From Macrostomum lignano (lineage: Eukaryota): a stretch of DNA of 64,000 bases. Location: contig NIVC01001407.1 in assembly GCA_002269645.1 (NCBI GenBank), positions 124,001-188,000 on the forward strand, in the 5' to 3' direction. The number at the start of each line of letters is the position of its first letter. Positions within the stretch are counted from its first letter, which is position 1. The notes under the pieces are model-generated. The model was given only the letters and a program-made list of their open reading frames with translations, did no database searches and had not been told where the DNA came from. Made by a program: the position numbers and the translations under genes. This document shows, piece after piece, positions 11,592 to 23,364 of the stretch.

Positions 11592-13744
11592 ACTGACATG
11601 TCCGTAGCCGCCTTCCAGCCGCACCGAAATTTTAAATGAGTGCCCCAGGTGTAATTTTTATAAAAATGAATCACATATGCTCTTAATTGATTACCCCAAA
11701 ACATGTTTCGCATGGTTGATGCTGTTTCTATGAAAATCTGGCAGTGAAAGTTGGCTTTAGGGCGGCTGAAGGGCGGCTGGAAGGGGGCTAGAGAATTGCT
11801 CTGTATTGGCGCAGTATAATTGTGCCCCAAATGGAAAAAAAATTAGATGCAAGTCTTATCTTTAATATGCACAATAAACTTTGGTTCATTGGCTTTTATT
11901 TCTTAGAGTAGTGTGACCTTTAGTTTGAAATTCAGCATTCCAATAGGTAAAAGCGTGCCCCAACCATTTTCTTGACTAGCGGCTAATGCCCCAATGCGGT
12001 AAAAAGAAGCAGGGTCAAAATTTTACTGTATAAGTAAATTTCTGTACATGCCCCACAATTTCCAACTGAGTGGCGAAGTGAAATAACTTGATTGTCACTC
12101 AGACACCAGTCATTACGACTTACAGTCGAGATTACGACTTTGCAATCGTAAAAAATTAAATTCTAACTTGTTGCAAAGTGCTTGTCTACTAATAGACTAA
12201 TGGACCAATTCATAAATTACTATCAATGTGACAATGCCCATGTTGATGGATATGTAATTGTATGTGTCCTTTAGAAATATTAAAAACTGGCATGACAATT
12301 GTCACTTTAAGATTGTAATCAAATCACTCAATATATTCTATAATCTATATATATGTCTATGTATATTAACACTCAGTAACACTAATATTTCAAACAATAA
12401 TAGCTAGCTATGGCTATACATACAGAATTCTACATATGCACCTTCTTATGAATTATGTCATGTATGACTCAAATTTATTCAGAATATGATGCATGCAACT
12501 AGAGGAGCTTTATATTAAATCCAACTTTATTGTCACTTTTCTATACAATTAACAAAGTAATAATAATACTAGGCCTAATAGCTAGACTAGCTATTGATAT
12601 TTAAAAATACAAAATTCTAGTAGCTAGGGCCTATTTACAATCTATTTTCTATTTTCTATTTCTGTTTCTATTCTATTTACAAGTTAGGCCTTACAAGCTA
12701 AATATTACCATTAGCTTCAATATAGTTAGAATGCTTCTTTTTTACTCATTCTTAGCTAACTTGAAAAAAAAAGTTCAATAGGCAAAACTTTTAGTCTTTT
12801 TTTAATTAACATACATATAGCTATGGCTCATTTTTAATATAATTGTTTGAGTTACAAGTCTAGAATGTAATGTATTCTTTAAATCAATAACAAAAATAAT
12901 TATATTAATCTCCAAATTATATATTTGATAGATAACTCATATTCACAAAAAAACAAAATCTGTTTCTGTGTATAATATACACTCAACATCAAGTGCTTCC
13001 ATGTTAGTTCCACTTGTGCCTTTTTAAGTTTTATATCTGAGTAAATAATCTCATATAAACATGATAATTCATGTTTTTCATGTTTCTTGTCAATATCTGC
13101 TACTTCCACTCATGTCCTTTCATATCTGAGTAATGTATATCATATAAACATGATAATTCATGTTTTTCATGTTTCTTGTCAATATCTGCTACTTCCACTC
13201 ATGTCCTTTCATATCTGAGTAATGTATATCATATAAACATGATAATTCATGTTTTTCATGTTTCTTGTCAATATCTGCTACTTCCACTCATGTCCTTTCA
13301 TATCTGAGTAATGTATATCATATAAACATGATAATTCATGTTTTTCATGTTTCTTGTCAATATCTGCTACTTCCACTCATGTCCTTTCATATCTGAGTAA
13401 TGTATATCATATAAACATGATAATTCATGTTTTTCATGTTTCTTGTCAATATCTGCTACTTCCACTCATGTCCTTTCATATCTGAGTAATGTATATCATA
13501 TAAACATGATAATTCATGTTTTTCATGTTTCTTGTCAATATCTGCTACTTCCACTCATGTCCTTTCATATCTGAGTAATGTATATCATATAAACATGATA
13601 ATTCATGTTTTTCATGTTTCTTGTCAATATCTGCTACTTCCACTCATGTCCTTTCATATCTGAGTAATGTATATCATATAAACATGATAATTCATGTTTT
13701 TCATGTTTCTTGTCAATATCTGCTACTTCCACTCATGTCCTTTC
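11592..13744. repeat. Left TIR of the MULE (~1.45 kb unique + 8 x 89-bp array)
   Basis: Reverse complement of the right end. Mirrored ORFs 11534-11830/22533-22781 and 12900-13109/21254-21463 are near identical; one C/T difference seen at a CpG. Confidence 0.93.
13050..13744. repeat. 89-bp tandem array, 8 copies (left TIR inner end)
   Basis: CCACTCATGTCC recurs at 13106, 13195, ... 13729 (period 89). Confidence 0.95.
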
Positions 13745-13977
13745 TTATATGAGTAGTAATTCATGGTTTTCCTGTTTTTCTTATCTTCAATGCTAGGATT
13801 CACTTAACCAAGTCCAGTATTTGCTTAGTAGAGTTTGTTTAAGTAAGAAAAAGTGAAGTAAATGTGACTGTACACTTGTCTTTTATGTCACTATGTTTCT
13901 GTCAACGCTTTGAAGTTATTTTCGATGTTATGGAAGCATGTTTTTGCATGTAATAAAAGTTATATAATTCATTTCAG

Positions 13978-14943
13978 GCTTTCATTAACGATCCTTTTTC
14001 GGTCTTTGAGCCAAAAGGAGAACTGCCCTTACCCTTTCCGGACAAGGAAGTGGTCGTCGGCATCAGACTAACAGCGACTTGTGTTCGTGTAGCTGCTCAG
14101 ATCCTAAACATTCCACTGTCCGGTTCTCTGCTTCGAAGGGCTCCTGGAACGAATGTCAATTATATTTCGGAAAATGGTTTAGCTCTGGCCTACCGTGATG
14201 GTGTAGCAATTTTTCGACATAGAAAAAAATCATCGAATTGTCACCAAGACCATTCCAAGCGAGCGAAAGCGGCTGCTGCCGGAAATGAGTGGTTGAAACA
14301 TAATGGTTGGAAGTTGGAAGAAGAGAGTTCGCAGCTTTCAGCTGTGATTGCAAAGCAGCATGTAACAAAGGCACTTGATCATCTGGAGTTGGCTGTATCC
14401 GTAGCTCCTGATGAAATACGTAGTATAATTCAAATATCTGTTGCATGTGTGCATCAGGTAAAAAACGTGATTGATTCTACTCAATTGTCTACTGCGAGGG
14501 GAGCAGAATTTGAGCAGGGAGAGTCAGAAGTGGAAAAGCAGCGAGAACTGGAGAAGCAGCAAGAGCTGGAGAAGCAGCGAGAACTGGAGAAGCAGCGAGA
14601 ACTAGAGAAGCAGCAAGAGCAGGAGAAGCAGCAAGAGCTGGAGAAGCAGCAAGAGCTGGAGAAGCAGCGAGAACTAGAGAAGCAGCAAGAGCAGGAGAAG
14701 CAGCAAGAGCTGGAGAAGCAGCGAGAACTGGAGAAGCAGCAAGAGCTGGAGAAGCAGCGAGAACTGGAGAAGCAGCGAGAACTGGAGAAGCAGCGAGAGC
14801 TGGAGAAGCAGCGAGAGCAATTATCTTTATCGAGAAAGCGATCGGCAAAATTTGTGAACACTGACAAGAAAGACGGAAATACGACAGCCAAAATAAGTCG
14901 CACAAGTAGGCCTTTGCGCCCAAGACATAAGTTTATCAACTAA
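13978..14943 (+). CDS. MULE accessory ORF2 with (ELEKQR/Q)n coiled-coil repeats; 5' exon not found
   Basis: Open frame from the acceptor TTTCAG|GCT (13978) through the tracked ORF 14050-14943; 18-bp repeats at ~14533-14820; convergent with the transposase. Confidence 0.6.
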   Translation, partial: AFINDPFSVFEPKGELPLPFPDKEVVVGIRLTATCVRVAAQILNIPLSGSLLRRAPGTNVNYISENGLALAYRDGVAIFRHRKKSSNCHQDHSKRAKAAAAGNEWLKHNGWKLEEESSQLSAVIAKQHVTKALDHLELAVSVAPDEIRSIIQISVACVHQVKNVIDSTQLSTARGAEFEQGESEVEKQRELEKQQELEKQRELEKQRELEKQQEQEKQQELEKQQELEKQRELEKQQEQEKQQELEKQRELEKQQELEKQRELEKQRELEKQRELEKQREQLSLSRKRSAKFVNTDKKDGNTTAKISRTSRPLRPRHKFIN

Positions 14944-16202
14944 ACTTATGTTGCGAATTGCAGGGACGAGAATAATTTGATGATTTTTGCTCACCATATG
15001 AATGCGCTTTTGTGCAATCGAAACTTGTGAATATAACTCAATAGCTTAAATTGACACCTGTCAATTAAGGGTGTACTCCTTATGCTTCATGTTTATAAGT
15101 ACGAGTTGCCATACGATCATCTTACGCAGGAGATAGCGGACCCCTGATACCAATAGTACTACACTTTTTTATTTAGCTTTCGCTTTGATGTGCTTTTGCA
15201 TTGTCATTACACATAACTTCACTCATATACGAGCCTACGTTTGACAACTTGATCGTAAGGTGAAACGTTTAACCGTGTGAGCTCTCCATTAATATATTCT
15301 ATTCAGCTTCTATTTTACTTATTATCCTGCAAAAAAGTGCTCACTCTTCAGTTCAAAAACTACTTCCCTTCAGCATTTGAAAAGTTAGTAGCATGATCAA
15401 TTCGTAAACTTTTCTTTTCAGTTTTCGCCATATCAGTCAGTTATCAATTATACTAATACAGTACTCGTATACTATGTTTATGACGACTGACAAAACGAAT
15501 AAACAAGTCGGACCGTCAAAATCTGATTGAAAAATATTCAGAACCGGAACTTGAAATTCGTAAACAGTTCTTTATATATTTACTTTGTGGATAAACAAAT
15601 TTAGGCTACGAAAAAAGATGGCTTATGCATTTGAGGCCCGATGGTAAGTTCAATAATAATCAACACCTTGGGCATACAAGGTAAAACAAAACATACAAGG
15701 CGAACGAGCGTACTACGTTGCTATTTAATAAAAAAGATTGTCAAATCAGGCGCTATCAAGCACAATAAAGCCTTCCTACTAGGCCTATCCTAAGAAGTCA
15801 TGCCAACGGATTCATAGTCAGTTAAAATGTTAATCGATTAATGTGCAGAATGTTTCGTGTGCACCCTGACTAATCAATCCTGTTTATAAGAGATTTTAAA
15901 AATCTTGTAGGAACCGATGATCTAGTGGCAACGACAAACTACTTAACAAAACAATAACTGGATTAGTAGGATTAGTAGCAGCAAAAATTATGATACACAT
16001 GTGGGTCATTTATATAGAAAAGAAAGTAAAAGCAGTGATGTGACAAAAAGAATGAAAAAAGGCGCTGAGACAAAGACATTTTGCCATTCAAGCAGGGTGC
16101 GGCGGGAAGACGCCTTCATGTGGGTGCGTGGTATGACATCAGACATGAGTAGGCACTGGTAAAGCGAAAACCCGTAGCTTATCCAAGCACTAGCGAACAT
16201 AG

Positions 16203-19200
16203 TTAAAACAAAGCGTACATCGCCAGGTTTAGGCGACCTACATTTCGTTGCCGTCGCAGCGCACCACTGGTAGTCCCGAGGTCGTCGTAGTTTAGGACGC
16301 TACCGTCGTCAGAATGTATAGTTGCTACCCAGTGCGCACGCTCTGCTTGAAAGTATGTCGAGCAGAACAGTCTGTATCTGAAAAATATTTAGTTGTACAT
16401 AACATAATGATACATTTAATTTAATAAACAAGTTACTTATTGAACAAAAATGAGTGTCTATTTCTAGTAAAGTCAATATCTAGAACTGCAAATGTGTTCT
16501 CCGTCTGACAGCATAAAAATTGTACTCGTAGCTTGTTGATCGATAAGTAAAATAATATTGATCGACAGTGTATATACATACTACTAGTACTTGACACTTC
16601 CTTTTTCGGGTCCAGCACAGCAGCCCTGCATTAGCTAGCTAACACAAGTAATCAGACGATAGTAGAGTACATATATAGAGTGCAAGAACTCACCGAGCAG
16701 GGCTGTTCCGAAAGGGAGTTACCTCTCGTTCTCCCAATGAGACTCGAACAGTTCTATCGACAGAGTCGGGTACAGCAACAACAAGCAGCGGAGGCAATTC
16801 TGAGGAGTACGTCGGTGGCAATACATCTCGCAAACTGTTGCAGTGGCAGCATTCGCGAACGCCAGACTCACGGAAAACAGTGCAGATAAAGCTGTAGGGT
16901 GACTCGATTGGCCCTTCCTCGTGTTGGATTACAAGCCCAGAAAAAAATGATTCCAGTTGTCGATGGCGGCAGGCATCGTTGCGGCAGATGCTTTTTATCA
17001 GGAATAAATGGCTATTTCCAAGTAACTCCAGAACTATGTCCAGTTCGCTGCTTTCGAGATTTCCGTCAACGATGCTGCTACCGTTTCGCCGCCAACGCAG
17101 AAAGCCTTTGCGCCAGAATGACTCTGTTTGTACTATCAGTGTAGCACGGGCATGCATGGCTTCTTGATCGGTGCGGCTAGCGGTAGCTTCTCTGCAGTAC
17201 CGGCCTAGCCGATGAAGCTCTTGAAGTCGAGACGCCAAAATGGCTTCACGGAATGTCTCGCGATCTCTATATGCAAATGCAATACCAGTGAGGAACCCAT
17301 CAACAGTACAAGTGTTGTGCAGCATTACTGTTACGAGTTTCCCATTAAAAGGTACACTGGTCGAGCGGCCACCATTTTTTAGAAGAGTAAATTGTTCCTG
17401 GGCATGATTTGTTAGGTCTCGAAGGAGAACACGCGTCGTAGCTGCAGTGTAGCGTCCTGAAGTGACCCTTCGTTTTTTATTAACTACCTCGGAGCTCAGC
17501 GAAGTTTCTTCAGTCGCTTCGTGGTCATTTAGCATTGATGTTAAAGGGTTCCTGAAAGAACGGGAGCCCTGTAAGTTAGAAATACGAGCATCGCCATCAA
17601 TTTCAGGCTGATCGGGGTGACTGGAACTGGAGTTCTCTAACTGCTCGTCGGCGTGACTGGAAGTCTCTGGCTGCTCAGAGTGACTGGAACTGGAGTTCTC
17701 TAACTGCTCGTCGGCGTGACTGGAAGTCTCTGGCTGCTCAGAGTGACTGGAACTGGAGTTCTCTGACTGCTCGTCGGCGGTGTGACCGGAAGTCTCTGGC
17801 TGCTCAGAGTGACTGGAACTGGAGTTCTCTGACTGCTCGTCGGCGGTGTGACTGGAAGTCTCTGGAAGTTCCATAAAGATCCGATGCAACCCCTGCAGGA
17901 GCCGACTTTGGTTAGCCAAGAAGTTCCTCATGGAGCTGTCCCGACCTCCGTGAAGCAGGTTTTTAACGATATTCATCCAGAGCTCCGTGTGGCCTTCCGT
18001 GAATCCCTGAGCGTCACGAGAAACACTTTTGAATGCACCGCTATTGGACGCAGCATATCTCACGGGATCCAGCATGATACCACACCAAAGTGGCAGGTAT
18101 GGCATCACAACATTGGTAAGTTTACCAGCGAGACTGGGGCAGAAGTAAGGATTCGGATCTGGCGTCAGTTCACTCTCACTTTGAACAACTTGTGCTTCGG
18201 CACTAGCTTTCACCTCATTGTGCAATGCATCCGCTAGATGGAAGAATGGCGAAGCTCTCTTCAATGTCGTATCCGGCATTACGTACATGAAACTTTCGGG
18301 TGGAACGAAAACTCCGTCTCCAAGTTGATCTGCAGCGGCTGCGTGCAGAAGAGCGAGTGACGAGTCGACACTCCTCCGAGATGGGCAAAGCAGAAGCCGT
18401 AGAAAGCTTTTGTACACTTGCTGTACCTGGTGCAAGCTGGTGCATCGTAGCAAGGCACCGAAGAAATGCTTCCAACCATTCCTGGCTTCCGGATTCCTGC
18501 AATTCGCCACATCAGGCCAATCACAAAACTCGCGCATGATATGGCTCCGGCCGAAGCCGATCAACGTAAATTTCTGCAGTTCTTGATAGCTTAATTTAAA
18601 CGATAGAACGGCATAGCAGTGCCGCAGAAAAGGAATGATTTCCATGCCGTGAATGCCCATAAGGAGAGCCCGCAAAGTAGGCAAATTAAAATCAAGGGTG
18701 ACCTGAGCCACGCGAAGATTTTTTACTGATAATCTTGCTGCCGTGATCCAGGAGTCAAATACAAACTTTAAAGTTGTTCCCGTCTGCGAAGACGATAAAA
18801 GTTCCATAACGGCAACGGGTTGCGCTCCAGTTTGAGGATGACGCAGTACCACAGCGTGGTAGTAAACATCCTTCTGCTGACTGTCTTTGGGTTTTGAAAT
18901 AGGCGCTCCGGTTGAATCCATGCCCAGTACGATTGGCTCACCGTTCGCTTGCATCGAACGCAACACTTCAAAAGCACTGTTCAACCAGAGAGGCACGAAT
19001 TGGGGTTCCGATGCGCCAAATTGCACACAGACATTCCTTGCGTAAGCAGGTTGCATGCTTTGTCCTTGAATAATAAGATCCAGCAGAGTATCAGACGACT
19101 GCCGGTCCTGATGTCGTTGCCTACTCGCAGCAATTCGTAGTACATTAGGAGATGGCAACAACCGAATGTCCCCATCTGCTGCGATTTCTGCCCTTACCCG

Positions 19201-19934
19201 CGTGGCACTTGAAGAGCAAACTCTTTTGGCCAATTCAATACGTCGCTCCCCACATAGAGGACGTGCCTTGGTAGCATGCTTAGTAGGATTCGTTTTGACT
19301 TCAAGCGAACAGAGCAACCTGTTTCCAGAGTGGAGCACTTTCAAACGGAATAGGCCAGTGCAACCATCAACATTGCAGTAAACATCTGCAGATATGTAGC
19401 CTGCATTGTGCTTATGCCTGCGCATACACAGGGTGCACTTGAGTGATGAAGAGAACGACAAAAGAACATAGTCATGCCAGCTCTTTTTCAGATTGCCACT
19501 ACCATCGAAAACGTGGTCAATGTCAACGAAGCTTTGGTGTAATTGCGTTTCAGCTGTTGTACTGCTGGAAGACCTGAAATCAAAACGAAGAAGACGAAAT
19601 TATAGATGACTATGTCAAAGTTATAAGAAAAGCCAAAGTAAGAGCGCATCAAGAAAAGCAATACTTACGCTGTATTGCTCGGTATCTCACTCAAAGAATT
19701 TCCGGTGATGACAGCCTGAACTTCAGCGATGATTTTGCTTCTTCTGAATTTGTCATAGAGCCATCTGCGACTTGATTCGTTAGTGCCATCAAGACCAAGT
19801 AAATCAGCAAGTCTCTGAAGTATGCCATTCGCATTACGCCAAGTAGGAATCCCAGCGGAAAACTCAGCAACATCAACCTGACCAGATACAATGACCTTGA
19901 TGTCTTCCAGGGTCACTGAACTAGTGAAATTCAT
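16203..19934 (-). CDS. MULE transposase fused to a C-terminal USP-like (peptidase C19-type) cysteine protease, 3 exons, ~1106 aa
   Basis: Exons 19669-19934 (GC|GTAAGT), 16694-19573 (TTTCAG|G ... CG|GTGAGT) and 16203-16377 (TTTCAG|A); phases 2/2; 3321 nt. WRKY/GCM-like zinc knuckle (CTLC..YCNVDGC..H); MULE triad candidates LGMDSTG, VTLDFN, RSHIMR, TEGHTELW; Cys box LKNG..NTCTVDGFL; zinc fingers CRNDAC and CCHC; His box YRLFCSTYFQAERAHWVATIHSDDGSVLNYDDL..LAMYALF. Confidence 0.85.
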
Positions 19935-20029
19935 GGTTGGTGACAGTATCGACAATCACTTGAAGGGCCTGAAATGGAATAATCATAAAGGCTTTGTATG
20001 CATCCTTGAGTGTCAATATGATACACATC

Positions 20030-21312
20030 ACAGAAACATAAAACATGAATTATCGTTTTTATATGATATACATTACTCAGATATGAAAGGACATGAGTGG
20101 AAGTAGCAGATATTGACAAGAAACATGAAAAACATGAATTATCATGTTTATATGATATACATTACTCAGATATGAAAGGACATGAGTGGAAGTAGCAGAT
20201 ATTGACAAGAAACATGAAAAACATGAATTATCATGTTTATATGATATACATTACTCAGATATGAAAGGACATGAGTGGAAGTAGCAGATATTGACAAGAA
20301 ACATGAAAAACATGAATTATCATGTTTATATGATATACATTACTCAGATATGAAAGGACATGAGTGGAAGTAGCAGATATTGACAAGAAACATGAAAAAC
20401 ATGAATTATCATGTTTATATGATATACATTACTCAGATATGAAAGGACATGAGTGGAAGTAGCAGATATTGACAAGAAACATGAAAAACATGAATTATCA
20501 TGTTTATATGATATACATTACTCAGATATGAAAGGACATGAGTGGAAGTAGCAGATATTGACAAGAAACATGAAAAACATGAATTATCATGTTTATATGA
20601 TATACATTACTCAGATATGAAAGGACATGAGTGGAAGTAGCAGATATTGACAAGAAACATGAAAAACATGAATTATCATGTTTATATGATATACATTACT
20701 CAGATATGAAAGGACATGAGTGGAAGTAGCAGATATTGACAAGAAACATGAAAAACATGAATTATCATGTTTATATGATATACATTACTCAGATATGAAA
20801 GGACATGAGTGGAAGTAGCAGATATTGACAAGAAACATGAAAAACATGAATTATCATGTTTATATGATATACATTACTCAGATATGAAAGGACATGAGTG
20901 GAAGTAGCAGATATTGACAAGAAACATGAAAAACATGAATTATCATGTTTATATGATATACATTACTCAGATATGAAAGGACATGAGTGGAAGTAGCAGA
21001 TATTGACAAGAAACATGAAAAACATGAATTATCATGTTTATATGATATACATTACTCAGATATGAAAGGACATGAGTGGAAGTAGCAGATATTGACAAGA
21101 AACATGAAAAACATGAATTATCATGTTTATATGATATACATTACTCAGATATGAAAGGACATGAGTGGAAGTAGCAGATATTGACAAGAAACATGAAAAA
21201 CATGAATTATCATGTTTATATGATATACATTACTCAGATATGAAAGGACATGAGTGGAAGTAGCAGATATTGACAAGAAACATGAAAAACATGAATTATC
21301 ATGTTTATATGA
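20030..21312. repeat. 89-bp tandem array, 14 copies (right TIR inner end, inverted relative to the left array)
   Basis: GGACATGAGTGG at 20089 + n x 89 up to 21246. Confidence 0.95.
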
Positions 21313-22771
21313 GATTATTTACTCAGATATAAAACTTAAAAAGGCACAAGTGGAACTAACATGGAAGCACTTGATGTTGAGTGTATATTATACACAGAAA
21401 CAGATTTTGTTTTTTTGTGAATATGAGTTATCTATCAAATATATAATTTGGAGATTAATATAATTATTTTTGTTATTGATTTAAAGAATACATTACATTC
21501 TAGACTTGTAACTCAAACAATTATATTAAAAATGAGCCATAGCTATATGTATGTTAATTAAAAAAAGACTAAAAGTTTTGCCTATTGAACTTTTTTTTTC
21601 AAGTTAGCTAAGAATGAGTAAAAAAGAAGCATTCTAACTATATTGAAGCTAATGGTAATATTTAGCTTGTAAGGCCTAACTTGTAAATAGAATAGAAACA
21701 GAAATAGAAAATAGAAAATAGATTGTAAATAGGCCCTAGCTACTAGAATTTTGTATTTTTAAATATCAATAGCTAGTCTAGCTATTAGGCCTAGTATTAT
21801 TATTACTTTGTTAATTGTATAGAAAAGTGACAATAAAGTTGGATTTAATATAAAGCTCCTCTAGTTGCATGCATCATATTCTGAATAAATTTGAGTCATA
21901 CATGACATAATTCATAAGAAGGTGCATATGTAGAATTCTGTATGTATAGCCATAGCTAGCTATTATTGTTTGAAATATTAGTGTTACTGAGTGTTAATAT
22001 ACATAGACATATATATAGATTATAGAATATATTGAGTGATTTGATTACAATCTTAAAGTGACAATTGTCATGCCAGTTTTTAATATTTCTAAAGGACACA
22101 TACAATTACATATCCATCAACATGGGCATTGTCACATTGATAGTAATTTATGAATTGGTCCATTAGTCTATTAGTAGACAAGCACTTTGCAACAAGTTAG
22201 AATTTAATTTTTTACGATTGCAAAGTCGTAATCTCGACTGTAAGTCGTAATGACTGGTGTCTGAGTGACAATCAAGTTATTTCACTTCGCCACTCAGTTG
22301 GAAATTGTGGGGCATGTACAGAAATTTACTTATACAGTAAAATTTTGACCCTGCTTCTTTTTACCGCATTGGGGCATTAGCCGCTAGTCAAGAAAATGGT
22401 TGGGGCACGCTTTTACCTATTGGAATGCTGAATTTCAAACTAAAGGTCACACTACTCTAAGAAATAAAAGCCAATGAACCAAAGTTTATTGTGCATATTA
22501 AAGATAAGACTTGCATCTAATTTTTTTTCCATTTGGGGCACAATTATACTGCGCCAATACAGAGCAATTCTCTAGCCCCCTTCCAGCCGCCCTTCAGCCG
22601 CCCTAAAGCCAACTTTCACTGCCAGATTTTCATAGAAACAGCATCAACCATGCGAAACATGTTTTGGGGTAATCAATTAAGAGCATATGTGATTCGTTTT
22701 TATAAAAATTACACCTGGGGCACTCATTTAAAATTTCGGTGCGGCTGGAAGGCGGCTACGGACATGTCAGT
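20030..22771. repeat. Right TIR of the MULE
   Basis: Reverse complement of 11592-13744 with six extra array units. Confidence 0.93.
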
Positions 22772-22853
22772 TGAAGATTGATGATATCCACCTGGACCGT
22801 ACAGTATAAACGATTTCCAATCCCCCCTCAATCAAGTTAATTTATCAGTCTTA

Positions 22854-23207
22854 CTACTTCCGCTTCTTCTCTTTCTTGTTTCCCTGCCTCTTCTTTTTAT
22901 TCTTGCGCTCTTTTCGCTGCTTTCTGCTGGCATCGCGGACTCGCTTCACCAGGTGGAACTTCTTCATGTAATCAGGACTGTCGTACACTAGCGCATAGCC
23001 TCGCGACTGACCACCGCCAAGGCTGGTCCGAAAGCCGTAGCAGACCACCAGATCGGGGGTGGTGCGAAACTTCTCCGCTAATTTCGTTTTTACATCGCTT
23101 TTGCTGACATTTTTGCCAGAGGCACCGTGAGCAACGCTGACAATCATCTGCTTACGGTAGAGCAGACGATTAGAGAAAACTTTTAGCGTACGTACGCTCA
23201 GAGACAT
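22854..23207 (-). CDS. RPS24: Intronless, divergent 40S ribosomal protein S24 (eS24) copy; retrogene or young pseudogene
   Basis: MSLSVRTLKVFSNRLLYRKQMIV..KTKLAEKFRTTPDLVVCYGFRTSLGGGQSRGYALVYDSPDYMKK..SRKQRKERKNKKK matches eS24 signatures (NRLLxRKQM, GFRTxxGGG, SRKQRKERKN). Open frame, no intron; an upstream in-frame ATG also exists at 23243. Confidence 0.85.
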   Translation of the reverse strand: MSLSVRTLKVFSNRLLYRKQMIVSVAHGASGKNVSKSDVKTKLAEKFRTTPDLVVCYGFRTSLGGGQSRGYALVYDSPDYMKKFHLVKRVRDASRKQRKERKNKKKRQGNKKEKKRK

Positions 23208-23364
23208 TTCTTTGGGTTGTTGTCTGGCTACTGTTTCATGCATATGAATGTCAATTACAATAGCCTTATAATAGTGAAAAAAATCTGGTAGCTGTGGTTG
23301 CTACTTATAAAAATAATACACATTACTTATATTACTACTAGTAGTGTAATAAAGAAGGCATTGG

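Larger units (their letters stand above)
11592..22771. mobile_element. Mutator-like (MULE) DNA transposon, 11,180 bp, apparently autonomous
   Basis: Termini ACTGACATGTCCGTAGCC...GGCTACGGACATGTCAGT; perfect 9-bp TSD TGAAGATTG (11583-11591 and 22772-22780); >2-kb TIRs; internal DDE transposase gene. Confidence 0.92.

Noticed and set aside
11534-13109. Short mirrored ORFs in the MULE TIRs (MGHNYTAP.., MEVADIDK..)
   Set aside because: They are duplicated only because the TIRs are; no coding signature.
13050-21312. 89-bp arrays as CRISPR-like repeats
   Set aside because: Units are directly adjacent and identical with no unique spacers; no cas genes; eukaryotic context.
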